The notes below the pieces were generated by a model, which saw only the letters and a list, made by a program, of their open reading frames with translations, did not search any database and was not told where the DNA came from. A stretch of DNA of 64,000 bases from assembly GCA_043228905.1 (NCBI GenBank), contig JBHGNT010000012.1, positions 12,090,001 through 12,154,000 of the forward strand. The letters are read 5' to 3'. Numbering within the stretch: the first letter of the stretch is position 1; the number at the start of each line of letters is the position of its first letter. This document shows positions 11,406-24,787 of this stretch, piece after piece. A program made the translations under genes and the position numbers. Source of the stretch: Azolla caroliniana. Taxonomy: Eukaryota > Plantae > Polypodiophyta.

Positions 11406-13658
11406 CTTTAACGTTGAACCCCTTGGGAGGGGGGTGGAGCCATTCTAGGCACCACCCCACCACCCCTGAATGCTTTTCAATGCTTGTCGTCTCTCTCACC
11501 ATTGATCCCATAATGCTCATCATCCTCATTAAACATACCATCTCCATCACCAATTATCATTACCATTTACCCTAACCCTAAAACCGATAACATCTTTTGG
11601 CGACCACTAAGGTGACCCCCTTTTCAAGATGAAGTCGAAGACTACTACGCGGCAAAGACATGGCAACAACGAAATATGCAAGAAATCAAATGGACGACAT
11701 GCAGGAAATGGTGATGGTGATTGGAAGTCATCGAGGTCATCGAATGCAACACGATGATGCTGTGTGAGAGGAAGTCTGTGCAAGAGAACCCGCAATGGAA
11801 TCAACAAGAGTGCGAGAATAGCAATGACGTATGTACGAGTGTGCGGTTAACGACAACATGCGTGTGCAGAGGAAACGACACAGAAACTCCGGATAGAAGG
11901 GAGTTGGTGCTAGCATGACCGGAGAGAGACGCCCACCAGGAGACTGCGAAGGAAGACGTAGTGTGTGGAGCGGAGGCCGGCAGGATTTGCTGAGAATGCA
12001 TGGGACCGGAATCAGAAGTGTTCACAGTGTCCAGAAGAAGCAACGCGGTGAGAGTCGGAACCAGAACCAGAGTTGGTTAGCGCCGAAGTGGTTGTAATGG
12101 CCGAACGACAACCGGATGATGACTGAACAGACCGTCAGACATTAACAGCCGCATGATAACTGGATGATGACCGAAGCGGCCAAGCGACAGACCTCGGCCA
12201 AAACAGACGGCCGAATAGGGCCAACAAGGCCGGCGACAGAGACATCTGGAGATGGACCGGACAAACATGGCCGGATGGGCCAAACATCGGAAAGTGCGGC
12301 CAAAAGGGCCGAAAACCGGTCGACATAGTCGGACAGTGGCTCGAGCAGCCGAAGCGGCCGGAGGGCTGGAGAAGGCCGGGGAAGAAAACATGCCGCCGGG
12401 ATGACGGACGGGACGCACGACTGGAAATGACGGGTCGTAAGCCGAAAAGACACGACCGAATAGCAATGAGTGGTGACCAATAGAGATGAAGAGATGGAGA
12501 AACGGTGAGCGAAGGCTGGAAAGATAGTGATGGCAAGACGGGCCGGATGGACAGGCGCCAAACAGGGATGATAGAGAAGTCGATGCAACGTCTGTATAGG
12601 CGTCCGAAGACAGAGCCAAAGACAGAGATAAAGATGGCGACGACGCAAGACACCGGCGACCGGATGACGGTCGAAACGGTGACAAAGATGGACGGCCGAC
12701 AGAGGCAACGGATGACGATGACGATTGCTGGACGAGGCCAAGCGATGGAAACGACGATGACAACGGCAACAGAGATGGCAATGATGATGGAGACATCAAC
12801 AGCCAACTAGCAGTAGGCAGACAACCGACGGAAGAGACGGTTGATGGGAGGAGAAAAAAGCAGCAAACGATGCCGGAAACAGCGATGGTAGTAGAAGAAG
12901 AAAGAAGAAGAATAGAAATGAACAGGAAGAAGAAAAACACAGACTAAAGCAACACGAAAGAAGGAAACAGAGAGGAGCAAAGCAAGATTCGGGCACTAGA
13001 GATAGAGGCATGGACAGAGAGAGAATCAAGCGGGAGAATCAGAGGGAGAGAAAAAGCAGAAGGAGACACAGACAGAGAGGAGGAAGAGAAGAGAGAATAA
13101 GACAAATACAGAAGAGAAAAAGATAAAATAGGGGTATGAGACAAATTTTGAAACCCTGAGGGTATCGAGTAAAATTTCAAAAACTGGAGCGTACATAATT
13201 AAAATTTTAAAAATCAAAGGGCACCTACGAAATTTCGAAAACTCATCAACCTAAAAGAAATGGATGTGATCGACACACAACTCACAAAATCAACAAAAGG
13301 AAGATACACATACACACAACGTTTTTGGACCCATGATATCAATGTTCGCGCACCGACAGAACGAGAATGTTCGTGTCGATGAAGTCGGTGACCGAAGGAG
13401 ATATTCAAGTCAAGCGCTCCGATCGAGGGAGTCGATCGTTGAAAAGACCGATGTAAGTTCCGATCGAAGAAATATCATCATCAAGGCATGTGGGATCGGC
13501 GTGCAAGGCACTTTCCCACGAGCGTGCCATATTGTGTTACCCCGTACGAGATGTACGGAGAGTTAAGTGTGATGAGTGAGGGTCGAATGTTATCATGATG
13601 TTGTTGTGTATGTGTAGGGGGCATAAATGTAATTGTGAGTCTATATGTATGTGAACAC
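10330..13658 (+). mobile_element. Non-autonomous, non-coding family B-dependent LTR element in tandem (about 1.4 units, 2440-bp period)
   Basis: 10330-11220 repeats at 12420-13658; LTR 11095-11592 (TGTTA...TAACA); PBS TGGCGACCAC 11598-11607; same 3' motif as family B; second LTR 13535-13658 truncated. Confidence 0.85.
11095..11592 (+). repeat. LTR of the non-autonomous element (498 bp) with a (CT)n tract
   Basis: TG...CA termini, 3' motif upstream and PBS downstream. Confidence 0.85.
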
Positions 13659-14786
13659 AACCTTTCCTTGCCGACCTTGGAAACTCCCCGTACTCGTGGA
13701 GGGTCCGAAACTATTGTCTGCATTTTGATTATGCTTGAAGTCCTGCTCTCGTTGGCCATTTCCATTATGCGTCGACCGCCTCGTCCACCACAACCACGGG
13801 GCTGATCCACCTCTTTGTACAACATCTTGTTGTCGTTGTGCGTACTCTTCGATACACTCAAGTGGTTTTCTTTTATGAGAAACATCGATTGTAGCTCGAA
13901 AAATGAAGGTGTATTCTCCCTCGTGCAAACCGCCATTCGGAATGCTCCGAACTTTGACCCAACTGTCTGAGGCAAACCTGCACCATTTCATCCTCCTCGA
14001 TATTCATGTTGACAGAGGCAAGGGAGTCGAAGATCTCCTTGATCTTGGAGGTGTACTCAACCACCTACATGTCTCTTTGTTGGACGTTGCTTAGCTCCTG
14101 TCTGAGTTGAAGCTTTCTAACTGTGGTGCTTGCGGCGAAAATCTTCTTCAGATTTCCCCCACCATCCTTCGGCGTCCTGGCATCCCGAAAGTAGCTCAAA
14201 AGCTAATCACTAACACAAGATGCAAAAGTAGTAGAGAACTTTGCTTGCCACCTATTCCCAAGCTGGGAAATCTCTATGTATTGACTCGAGTGCTGCATGA
14301 TTAGCTCCTTCGACATAGCTCCAGTAACCGTGCTCGAGCAGGTACTGGTGCATCTTGTACGACCAAGATGCATAGTTGCTCCTATCGAGCTTTTCGGTCG
14401 GAAGAGAGCTTCCCATACCTCTATCCATGTTCTTGTCTTTTCTTTTTCAAAAATGAGAAGCCTTGTCTCTGTCTTGTTCGCTTCCTTTTCTATCGGCTGC
14501 AGAGGAGTCTCAACCCTTGCGATCGGATACCATGGAAAAGAATACGCTTCAGTTGATTCAACCCATGTTGAGCTTGTCTCCCAACACTGACACAAGTACC
14601 ATCAATACTTTAACGCTCACATAAGAGCATCTGACACTAACTCCTAAGGTATTCCTATTTACTAGAATAGGAATCTAGGCCTCTAACGACATGCCGACTT
14701 CTCCAACTGATCCGGCCTTCATCCGATCCGGCTCCTGGATTCTTCAGCCCATGTTGAGCTAGCTTGTCAACACGAGCTATCAAACA
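13659..14786 (-). mobile_element. Copia fragment: 5' LTR (~14533-14786), PBS, degenerate gag
   Basis: Minus strand MDRGMGSSLPTEKLDRSNYASWSYKM...YTSKIKEIFDSLASV is Copia gag-like; TGGTATCCGATC at 14521-14532 resembles the Met-i PBS. Confidence 0.8.
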
Positions 14787-15070
14787 TCCTACAAAACTAG
14801 TATTAAATCTACCCCATTTCGATTAGCATTCGGTTTGGAAGCATTGATGCTGGTGGAATTTCAAGTACCGACCTTATGAGTCCAAATCACCGAATGATTA
14901 CCGGAAGCCGAGTTTGAACTGAAATGGGTAGAGCAACTTCTCAAGCTCGGGGAAACTATAAATCCACCCCATGTGTAGCCCAAATGGGAGTGGACACAAC
15001 CTAAATTGTGCACCTCTCGTTTAGCAAGAGAGAGGTATACGTTATGACACTTAGAATGCAAAATCTAGAG
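14787..15070 (+). pseudogene. Family B integrase C-terminal fragment
   Basis: SYKTSIKSTPFRLAFGLEALMLVEFQVPTL matches B2 TYKTSIRTTPFRLAFGLEAVMPVEFQIPSL. Confidence 0.8.
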
Positions 15071-15389
15071 GGTCGGTATACCACTTAGTTATTCTATATC
15101 AATTATAATGTGTCAATCTGAACATGGACCAGACCAAATACCCTTCATGTTCTAAATATCAAATTCATTTCCCAAAAAAAATCCTCAGAGATGGAACAAT
15201 GTTTCCTTGGCATGCGTAAAGTATGAGGTGGATACCCAATTTCTCCATTTTGTATCATTACAAAGGTACTAATGAGGATTGAGCTCAATGGAAATTACTC
15301 TAGAATTTAAACCAAGGATTACTATAGCCTACCAACTAATCTCAAAATTAACATTTTTTTGGTTGAATACGAAGAAGCTTAGGTTTCAT

Positions 15390-15462
15390 GGGGATGTAGC
15401 TCCCGTGGTAGAGCGATTGCTTTTCATGGAAGAGGTACGGGGATCGATACCCTGCATCTCCA
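15390..15462 (+). pseudogene. tRNA-Ala-derived pseudogene (anticodon position reads TTC)
   Basis: GGGGATGTAGCTC...GGTAGAGC...GAGGTACGGGGATCGATACCCTGCATCTCCA has the plant tRNA-Ala body, 73 nt, followed by TTTTT; anticodon stem mispaired. Confidence 0.85.
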
Positions 15463-15621
15463 CTTTTTATCAAATTACGAATTAATCATGGAAATACGAA
15501 GTGGAAGAGTCTTATATTTTTGGATTTGAATACACATCAAATCTAGACGAACTCGGAAGGGTCGTGATCGATAGAGAGAGTGACATTGTACTGCAAACAA
15601 TTTTGCTAGATCAGAAGGGTT

Positions 15622-15684
15622 GTGAAGGTAGCTCAAATGGCAGAGCATTCGCTTAAGATGCGAGATCGATATCCCGCATCTCCA
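15622..15684 (+). pseudogene. Second tRNA-Ala pseudogene with ~10-nt deletion of variable loop and T-stem
   Basis: TAGCTCAAATGGCAGAGC-TTCGCTTAAGATGCGAG-ATCGATATCCCGCATCTCCA. Confidence 0.8.
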
Positions 15685-16326
15685 AATTTGTATCTCTATA
15701 AATTAAAGAATTGAAGGCCTAATGGTTCTAGTGGACCAGACTCTTCTGGATTGTGGATGTACCAACTCGGTATTTTAGTGGGAGAAGTAATGCCCAAATG
15801 GGTCAATAGGTTCAGATGAAACCATGCCTCGGCCCACACACTTGAACCCCTTTTCCGAAATAATGCATGACAACGAATCGATGGAAGTAAGTCACAAAGG
15901 TGGCTAACGGCCCCACCCCGCTACAATCATTGTAGCAACCCCACCTACCTTGTATATTCACTATAATTATATTCACTATATGCACAAAGTATTTAACTGC
16001 ATGTGCATGCATAGTACCCCAGAAAACAAGTTCATATTCCTTCCCAACACCAACTAGCATTAAGGTTCACTCAAGAAGAATGGCAGGAACCTACAATCGA
16101 GGCACCCCAAGCAACACTCTCTCAACCTCTGCATAGAACACACGACTTGAGAGCGGGAGTCGCTGACAACCACCGCTCAGTCGTTGGTACAAGGCACTGA
16201 TGATGACTTCACCATCTGTGGACAGAGCAAGCCACTGCCCGGAGGATTGGTTAATGAGCACCGTCAGCCGACTAAACCTCGCAGCAATATTCGGGACGAG
16301 ACCCAGGAACTCTTAAAGGAGACAAG

Positions 16327-19300
16327 TGTCATGAAGACATACATCTTGGCTTATCAAGAGTCGAACCCACAACTTCTTGGTCTATGTGATGAACCTTTAA
16401 CCATTGTAATAACATATGTGATGTGTAATTATAATAATTATATTTTTAGTTATTACAAGATATTTGGAATATTCTAGAACATTCTTGAATATTTCATGAT
16501 TATATTTATTATCATAAATATCTAAAATATTCTAGAACATTCTAGAATACTCCATAAAGATCTATAAATAGGTGTTTATACATTCATCACAACTCATTCG
16601 GTTCAACACCTGTCTTTAGCACTTAGCCTACTCTTTGTAACCTTCTTTTCTCATTATATAATATCCTTTCCATTTCCTGTCTTATCTCTCTCTCTCTCTC
16701 TCTCTAGTCACGACAATTTGAACCAAATATTTCTTTTTCCTCTTCCAATAACCCTAGCAAGCTTTATTCTCTTTCCTTCTTTCTTTTTCCCTCTAAGTTA
16801 TGGAGTCCATCCGCAAGCAAGAATTTATGTGTGTCCTTTCTGAGCTCGACATGCTCACGACTAAGTTTGTGGCATTAGAGGAGGAAAATCAAAGGCTACT
16901 CGGGGATCTACAACACATGAGTACCGAGAAAGCTCATCAATATGAGGAGTTATCACAATGGGTTCATCAACTCGAGGCTACTATATTAGCATTACAAGAA
17001 CAAGCGGCGGGGGTTCAAAACTCCCCAAGGGAACCAAAGATTAGCCTTCCTGCCAAGTTTGATGGTACACGATCTCTGTTTTGAGGTTTCCTGAATCAAG
17101 TCCATTTGGTGATTCAGTTACATCCCAATCGGTACCCAATTGATGCTGGTTGTGTGGGATTAGTAGGAACCTTGCTAAGCGGTACAACATTAGCATGGTT
17201 TGCACCACTTCTCAAGAAGAAATCACTATTGTTGGAGGATTTTGAGGCATTCATAAAGGAGTTTCAAGCTAGTTTTGGAGACACCGATAGCACTAGGACG
17301 ACAATAAACAAGGTTCGAAGACCCCGACAAGGAGATCATCCTGCTTCAACTTACGCAACATATTTCCGTCTCTTGGCATGCGACATCCCTTGGGATGAGA
17401 CTTAATGGATCAATTCCGTCAAGGTTTGCGTAACGATGTCAAAGATCTTCTTCTTACTTTTCACGAAGATCCGAAGTCTCTTACAGAGGCAATTAGTCGA
17501 GCTGTGCAATGTGATAATCACCTATTTGAGCGACGTTCTGAACGCCAACAAATGTTACGGCGCCAACCGGAACAGACGTACATTTCAATAGTCACAACGC
17601 AGTCACAAGTTCCCAGACCCGTTATGAGGGATGGTCCCACTCCGATGGAAATAGAGTCAACACAACATCGAGGGCCCTTATCAGATGCTGAGCAACAACG
17701 ACGTCGAGTGCATCGCATATGCCTATATTGTGGTGGTCCAGGACATATAGCCATGAATTGTCCACATAAACCCAAATGTCAAGTATACCAAGTAAGTGCA
17801 CATGAAAACCCTACCTCGAGTTCTACTATCACTTCTAATAACTTAAGTAAGCCTAATAGCTCATGCCATGAGAATCCATTTGGTGTTTTGAGCCAATTAG
17901 AGGATGTGTTAAACGAATAAGTCTGGCCAAAATAGGAGCCATTTGGTTGGACCATCCTAGATATGTAGAGTCAGTACCTAGTTGTGCTTCCATTTCATCA
18001 AATCAAGTTAGTAGAGTTTTTTTTGCACAAGTCGAGCTTAACACATCTACAGGTCATTGAGTCCTAACCTCTGCCCACCTAGATTCCGGAGCCAATTCTT
18101 TTTTCATGGATCACGAGTTTGCATTGACCCAAAACATCCTCTTGAATAAGCTCCCGAACCTAGTAGTTGTGGGAGTCATCGATGGTCACCCTATAGCATC
18201 AGGTGATATAGTCGAAGAGTCTGGACCAATTTGTGTAGTCCTAGGTAATTTGGCTAGTGTCATCTCATTCAACATCATTAGTAGTCTAGAGCATTCCCTA
18301 GTTCTTGGTCTTCCTTGGTTTCAATTACATAACCCAACTATTTATTGGAGAAAAAGAACAATTGAAAAGGTCACGGTACAGTCAGAGTCACTTGAAACTC
18401 CAACAAAGGACCTGGGATCCCACATGATCTCAACAATTTCTATACATTAGTTACGTGAGGATGGAAGGAAAGAAGACATGTTTGTGTTCGCGGTGTTAAC
18501 AACTCCTTCATCTAGCTCACAAGAGTTGGGGGTCCAACTACCAAAGAAGTATATAGAATTCTCCGATGTGTTCGATAAGGTGAAGGCTAATAGACTACTA
18601 GAGCATCGACCATATGATGGCCTGATTGATTTGCAGGCAGGAAAAGAGCCTCCACGGGGGCCAATTTATAACCCACGGAGTTAGAGGTTCTTAGAGAATA
18701 TATCGATGAGAACCTGGAAAATGGTTTTATCCAACATTCAAGATCTCCTCCTGGTGCACCCATCTTTTTCGTTAACAAGAAAGATGGCACACTTCGTATG
18801 GTCATGGATTATCGGGGCTTGAATAAAGTGACTATTTGAAACTAATATGCTCTACCATTTATCTCAAGACTTGTGGAACGCCTCAGTGGAGCAAAATATT
18901 TCACGAAGTTAGATCTTTGAGGTGCCTACAACCTTGATCGAATTTGTCCTGGGGATGAATGGAATATTGCTTTCCGCACTCGCTATGGCCATTTTGAGTA
19001 TACAATGATGCCATTTGGTCTCACGAATGCACCGTTAGTTTTCCAATATATGGCGAATGACATTTTTCGGGAATTCCTTGATATCTTCATGATAGTTTAC
19101 CTAGATGATATCTTGATCTACTCAAAAACACAAGAGGAGCATGAGATACACGTTCGCCAAGTTTTGCAGCGGTTGTGAGAGTATGGTCTCTATGAAAAAT
19201 TGGAGAAGTGACGCGAAGATATCGACCATTTATATGGAGTACATAGGCGAACTTTGCAATTGAGGGTTTAAAGCAAGTGTTTAAATCTGCACCAATTTTA

Positions 19301-20349
19301 ATGCATGTTGATCCAATGAGGCACATACTTGAAGCTGATGCATCTGACTTCACAATCGGAAGCGTACTATCCCACATTAGCGATGATGGCCAGTTGCACC
19401 CTGTGGCTTTTCACCCACGAAAATTTGAAACCGTAGAAATTAACTATGAGATTCACGACAAAGAGCTTCTTGCCATTGTAGATTCTTTTCAACAATGGCG
19501 TCATTTTTTGGAGGGTTCTTCTCAACAGATTATTTTCTACAATGATCACAAAAATCTAACATACTTCCAAAGTGCTTGAGTCTAGAATCGTCGACAAGCT
19601 CAATGGGCGCAATTCTTAACTTGTTTTGATTTCATAATTTTATATCGCCCTGGGATGCAACAAGGAAAAACAGATGTTTTATCTCGACGTTCGTATATGG
19701 AACTTCAATCAGGAGAGGCCGCATTTGAAAGTCAGAAGCAAATCCTCTTAGGTCATGATCGTCTATGACTAATGGCAATGAATACTATCAACACATCGGG
19801 AGATTCAAGGCTTCTTGATTCCATTCGAGAGCGTATTGCGACGGATGCATTCGACCAAGAGATTTTGAACCATATTATCCCAAATTGTGCCTCCAGCTCC
19901 CAATCTCAAAATCCTCGTCTAGACTACACCCAGTTCAGTTGGCATGATGGTTTACTTTTTCGATAGTATGTGCCAAACGGTCCTTCTCGACTCGAAGTTG
20001 TGCAACAATGTCATGCCACACCAATGGGTGGACATTTCAGCATCCACAAGACTTTTGAGTTAATTTCTTGTCGACACTGGTGGCCACGGCTTCACCATTT
20101 TGTTACGGATTATGTTCGTAGTTGTAATACATGTTGCCAATCAAAAAAGCCTCGACATCATCCATATGGCTTATTACACCTAATGCCTATTCCTAAGAGC
20201 CCATGAAAATCTATTTCCTTGGACTTTATTATGGATCTTCAACCTTCCAAGGGTTTTGATTCTATTCTCACGGTAGTAGATCGTTATACGAAGATGACAC
20301 ATTTCCTTCCATGCACGAAGACCATTACTAACCAAGAGACAGTTGATTT
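16327..20349 (+). mobile_element. Tcn1/sushi-like chromovirus family C copy C1 (LTR 16327-16715, gag 16800-17920, pol to ~20345), degenerate, 3'-truncated
   Basis: gag PKISLPAKFDG, PMEIE, CLYCGGPGHIAMNC; protease LDSGA; HRPYD; YLDDILIY; EADASDF; INYEIHDKELLAI; integrase HHCC. Confidence 0.92.
16467..16547. promoter_or_regulatory. Heat-shock element arrays upstream of the C1 LTR TATA box
   Basis: GAAtaTTCtaGAAcaTTCttGAA and TTCtaGAAcaTTCtaGAA; TATAAATA at 16563. Confidence 0.7.
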
Positions 20350-23300
20350 ACTTGAACCCATGACTTTATGTTACATGGTTCAAGCTCTTGACCATTAGAC
20401 TATATGTTGTAATATGAAGGATTTTATTTTCATTTAAGTTTTACTATAAAAAATTAATGTATATTCTAGATTTCTCTGGAACAATCTAGAAACTTCAGGA
20501 ATAATCCTGAGAACACTCTATAAAAGGAGGCACAAGCCATTATTTCGAACCAAATCGGTTCAATGCCAGTCTTAAGCCTCCTAGCTACTATTGTATATAT
20601 TTTCTTAACATAATATATATCTTTTGTTACAATCATTCTCTCTCTCTCTCTCTCTCTCACTCACTCTTTCCTTCACTCGATAGTTCTACACCTCCCTTAG
20701 TACTAATCCTCATCTTTTAGTACTAATTCCTTCTCTGTCTTAGGATTGTTCCTGACAATACTTCTCTGTCTTAGTATTGTTCATGACAGTTTGAACCGAT
20801 TTGCTCTCCTTCCTTCTCTTCCATATCTTCTTCCTTCTCACTCGCTTCATACTAATATCTTATTCCTCTTTTCTCTCATACTTTGGCCACTGTTAGCGCT
20901 CAAGAATATCAATCCGTTTCTCGGAGTTGCAATGCTTGAAAGAGAAGTTGATCTCATTGGAACAAGAAAATCAACGATTGTTGGGGGAGCTTCAACAAAT
21001 CTCCTTAGAGAAGCAGTAGACGCAACAACGACATGGGGAACTAGCGTTACGTGTGCAATAGCTCGAAGCAACGTAATGATGTCAAGGATTTACTCTTGAA
21101 CTTCCCCAAAGAACCAAAGTAATCGATAGAAGCAATCAGTCGCGCGGTAAGATGTGACAACCGTCTTTGCGAAGGATGTTCGGAACGTCAGTTCCAGATG
21201 CCAAGGGTAAGATTAGAGCCCACCTACGCCCGAGTGGTAGCAAAACCATTTCCAAGGGAGTCATATAATGCGTCTCCAGTGAATACTCCAACTCTGATGG
21301 AAATTGACACTATCCGTCATCGCGGACCATTACCGGAAGAAGAAAAGCAGCGACGCCGAGCAAATCGACTATGTCTTCATTGCGGTGGACCATGGCATAT
21401 TGCAGTGAAATGTCTTCATATGCCAAGAAGACACGTAAACCAAATAGTTGCTAGTTCTAATTGTACTAAGGCTGAGTCTATTTCTGTAGGAATATATGAT
21501 AGTCCTAATAGTTTTAATAGCCCAAATCTATCGAACAAATTTGATGTCCTTAGTCAGTTAGAAGAATAGTTAAACAACTAAGTCCAGCCAAAATAGGACC
21601 CGTTTGGTTGGACAGCCCTAGATATGTGCAACCCATTAGTGGTTTCATTCCCTCTAAGCAAGTTAGCAATGTGTTCTTAGCCCAAGTAACAGTTAGTCCT
21701 AAAAATATCTCTCCAGTACATGTGTCAGCAATCCTAGATTCTAGGAATTATTCTTGCTTCATGGATAGGAATTTTTCCCAAGGTCATCAGATATCCGTAA
21801 GAAAACTCCCGTGTCCAGCCTCTGTAGTAGTCATTGATGGTCGAGTCATTGCTTCTGGAAATATCATAGAAGAGTCGGAGCCCGTTAATATTGTCCTAGA
21901 TAATTTAGCGTGTGTAGTATCCTTTAATATAATTAGTATCCCAAAACATTCCATTGTTTTGGGATTACCATGTTTTGAATTACATAACCCAGACTTAGAT
22001 TGGAGAACAAGAGAAATCCGGTATTGGCAAACCTGAGGATCTACTCATAAGATTGCAACAATTTCACTACATTTGTGGCGTGAGGAAGGACGCAAGGAAG
22101 AAATGTTTCTCTTCGCAGTATTGGTAAAACCCTCCAACACCACTAAAGAGGAGTCCACCGTTCAACTTCTAGAGAAGTATCGTCATTATGCCGATGTGTT
22201 CGATAAAGTACAAGCCATTACCCTTGCTCACCATCGACCGTATGATTGCCCCATCGATTTATAACCAGGAAAAGAGCCACCATGGGGACTTATCTAAAAT
22301 TTGTCACTAACCGAGCTAGAAGTCCTTCGAGCCTATATAGAGGAGAATTTGGCAAATGGTTTTATTTGACATTCGAAATCTCTAACCTGAGCACCCATTT
22401 TCTTCATCAAGGAAAAGATGGATCAGTTCGTCTCATCATTGATTACCGTGGCTTTAATAAGGTCCCCATCAGGAATAGGTGCAAGGTTCCTCGGAAACAT
22501 CGACTTATGAGGAGCAGATAACCTTTTACGGATCCGACAAGGAGATTAATGGAAGACCGCGTTTCACAGCAGATATGGGCACTTCGAGTATACGGTCATG
22601 CCATTCGGCCTTACTAATGCGCCAACAGTCTTTTAGCACATGGCAAATGATATATTCCGAGATCTCTTGGATGTTTGGTTGATCATCTATTTGGAAGATC
22701 TACTGGTTTTGTCGAAGACCCAAGAAGAGCATGATTCTCATGTACTATTGGTACTAAAACGACTTCGAGAACATGGTCTTTATGCAAAACTAGAACAATG
22801 TAGTTTCGAGTGCGACCAGGTAAAATTTCTGGGCTATGTCATTTCCTCGAAAGGCATCTCCATGGATCCAGCTAAGGTCAAAGCGGTGGTAGAGTGGAAG
22901 ACTCCGCATTCGTTGCGAGATGTGCAATGCCTTTTAGGCTTTGCCAATTTCTACCACAAGTTTATACAAGATTACTCAAAGCTTGTTCTTCCTCACACAT
23001 AGCTTAGCAGGAGGGGACAATCGTTCGTTTGGTCTGAAGAAGCACACATGGATTTTGAGAGTCTTAAGAAGGCATTTACATCAGCTCCTATTCTAGCTCA
23101 TGTTGATCCGGAAAAACCATTCATCATCGAAGCAGACGCGTCAGAATTTGTCTTTGGTAGCATTTTGTCACAACAATGTGATGATGAAAAGCTACATCCC
23201 GTGGGTTTCCACTCACGCAAGTTTGACGCCACCGAAATCAACTATGAAATTCATGATAGTATAGCTAAAATCGTTGCCGGCCACAACCGGTTGTACGTGT

Positions 23301-24570
23301 GCGGAATATTAGTCAATCTAATGGAAAGGAAAAACATAATATAGAAACTGAGAATGACACAGATTTTAACGTGGAAACCCGATCTGGGAAAAAACCACGT
23401 GGAGTCCACAAACTCCGAACAGAACACTATGAGAGAAAGTAATACAATCAGAGATCTTAGAGGCAACGACCTCGAGATCCTGCTTCGCCAACAGGCGGCT
23501 ATGGAGCTCATGCACTTCCACTCCCACTCGTTCACTCTCACAGTTACAAATACAACAACCTCGTCAACAATAACTTTACAATAATGCGCATATCTAACAT
23601 GATTGCCCTAAGTACTTATATACTAATGTAACCTTTCGACTATTTACAAGTTTAGGCTTCCGTGTTGGCTATCTCCATGATTTCCGGTTTTGGCCTCGGC
23701 CGAGTTGCTCATCAACACGGTTCTTCTCACTTCCCATCCAGAGGGACCTGTTTCCTAACAGATAGGATCTATTAGCAATAGTGGGCTCTTTTACGCAATG
23801 GAGACATTTTCTAGTGGGATCTTCTCATCAAGTTATCGTATTCAGTGATCACAAAAACCTTGCCTACTTTCAGAATGCTCGTGTGTTAAATCGATGTCAA
23901 GCTCGGTGGGCACAATTCCTCACTTGTTTCGACTACAAAATCACATATCGTTTGGGGAAGCAACAAGGTAAGGAAGATGCATTATCACGACGCTCGGATC
24001 TAGCCCCGCGTCTTGGCGAGCCAGCTTTTGATAACCAAAAGCAAGAAATCTTGGGACCGGTACGACTACAAGCAACACAGGTCTTCGGTATGCCCTTGGA
24101 TTCCCACGTTATCGATACCATACATGAGGACTTGAAGACAAATGCTTTCAGTCAAGCCATTATAGCACAAATTGATACCCCTCGAGCATATTGTTCACAT
24201 TTGCAACAACCAGGTCCGGACTATCGACAATTAGAATGTCATGATGGATTACTATTCTTTAAGAAACTCTTGTATGTTCCTAATGGTTCTTGTCGCCTTC
24301 GAGTAGTCCAAAACTTTCATGACACATATACAATTGGGAATTTTGGTAGTACTAAAACATTAGATTTAGTACAACGATTATTCTGGTGGCCCCATATACG
24401 ACAATTTGTCGAAGATTTTGTTCGGACTTGTGATACATGTTCCAGAGCAAAAATGTTGAGGCATCATCAATATGGTTTATTACAACCATTACCAATGCCA
24501 AGAAAGCCGTGACAATCCATTGCTCTAGATTTCATCACAGATCTTCTGGTCTCTAAGAGATTCGATGCAA
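20350..24570 (+). mobile_element. Family C copy C2 (partial LTR 20350-20788, gag-pol remnants)
   Basis: LTR homologous to 56869-57277; MEID, CLHCGG, HHRPYDCPIDL, EADASEF, SDHKNL, CDTC motifs. Confidence 0.9.
23260..23760 (-). mobile_element. Copia-type solo LTR inserted in the C2 RNase H
   Basis: Flanked by GATAG/GATAG 5-bp TSD; RNase H resumes after it; shares the CGTGGTTTTT...GGGTTTCCACGT motif with the Copia LTR near 53430. Confidence 0.8.
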
Positions 24571-24787
24571 CAACTCGAAACAACTCGCAAGGGGTTCATA
24601 AAGAATCCAAGATCGGCCTTCCCATGAAATTCGTTTGAACACGATCGCAGTTTAGAGGATTCCTTAATCAGGTACGATTAGTCATTCAAATGCATCCTTC
24701 CCAATATCCCACCAATGCATCACGAGTGGGTTTAGTAGGCATGTTGTTAAGTGGCTCAACTTTGGCATGGTTCGCTCCGTTGTTAGA
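24570..24787 (+). pseudogene. Family C gag fragment
   Basis: Near-identical to 57650-57850 (FLNQVRLVIQMHPS, LAWFAPLL). Confidence 0.8.

Noticed and set aside
12077-12940. Ser/Arg-rich ORFs on both strands (also 10158-10902)
   Set aside because: Low-complexity GAC/GAT-rich sequence gives overlapping stop-free frames with no domain motifs
15390-15462. Functional tRNA-Glu or recoding tRNA with TTC anticodon
   Set aside because: The body is tRNA-Ala and the anticodon stem has mismatches; the neighbouring copy is also decayed
15715-15790. Third tRNA remnant (TGGTTCTAGTGG...)
   Set aside because: A-box-like only; no convincing B box or stems
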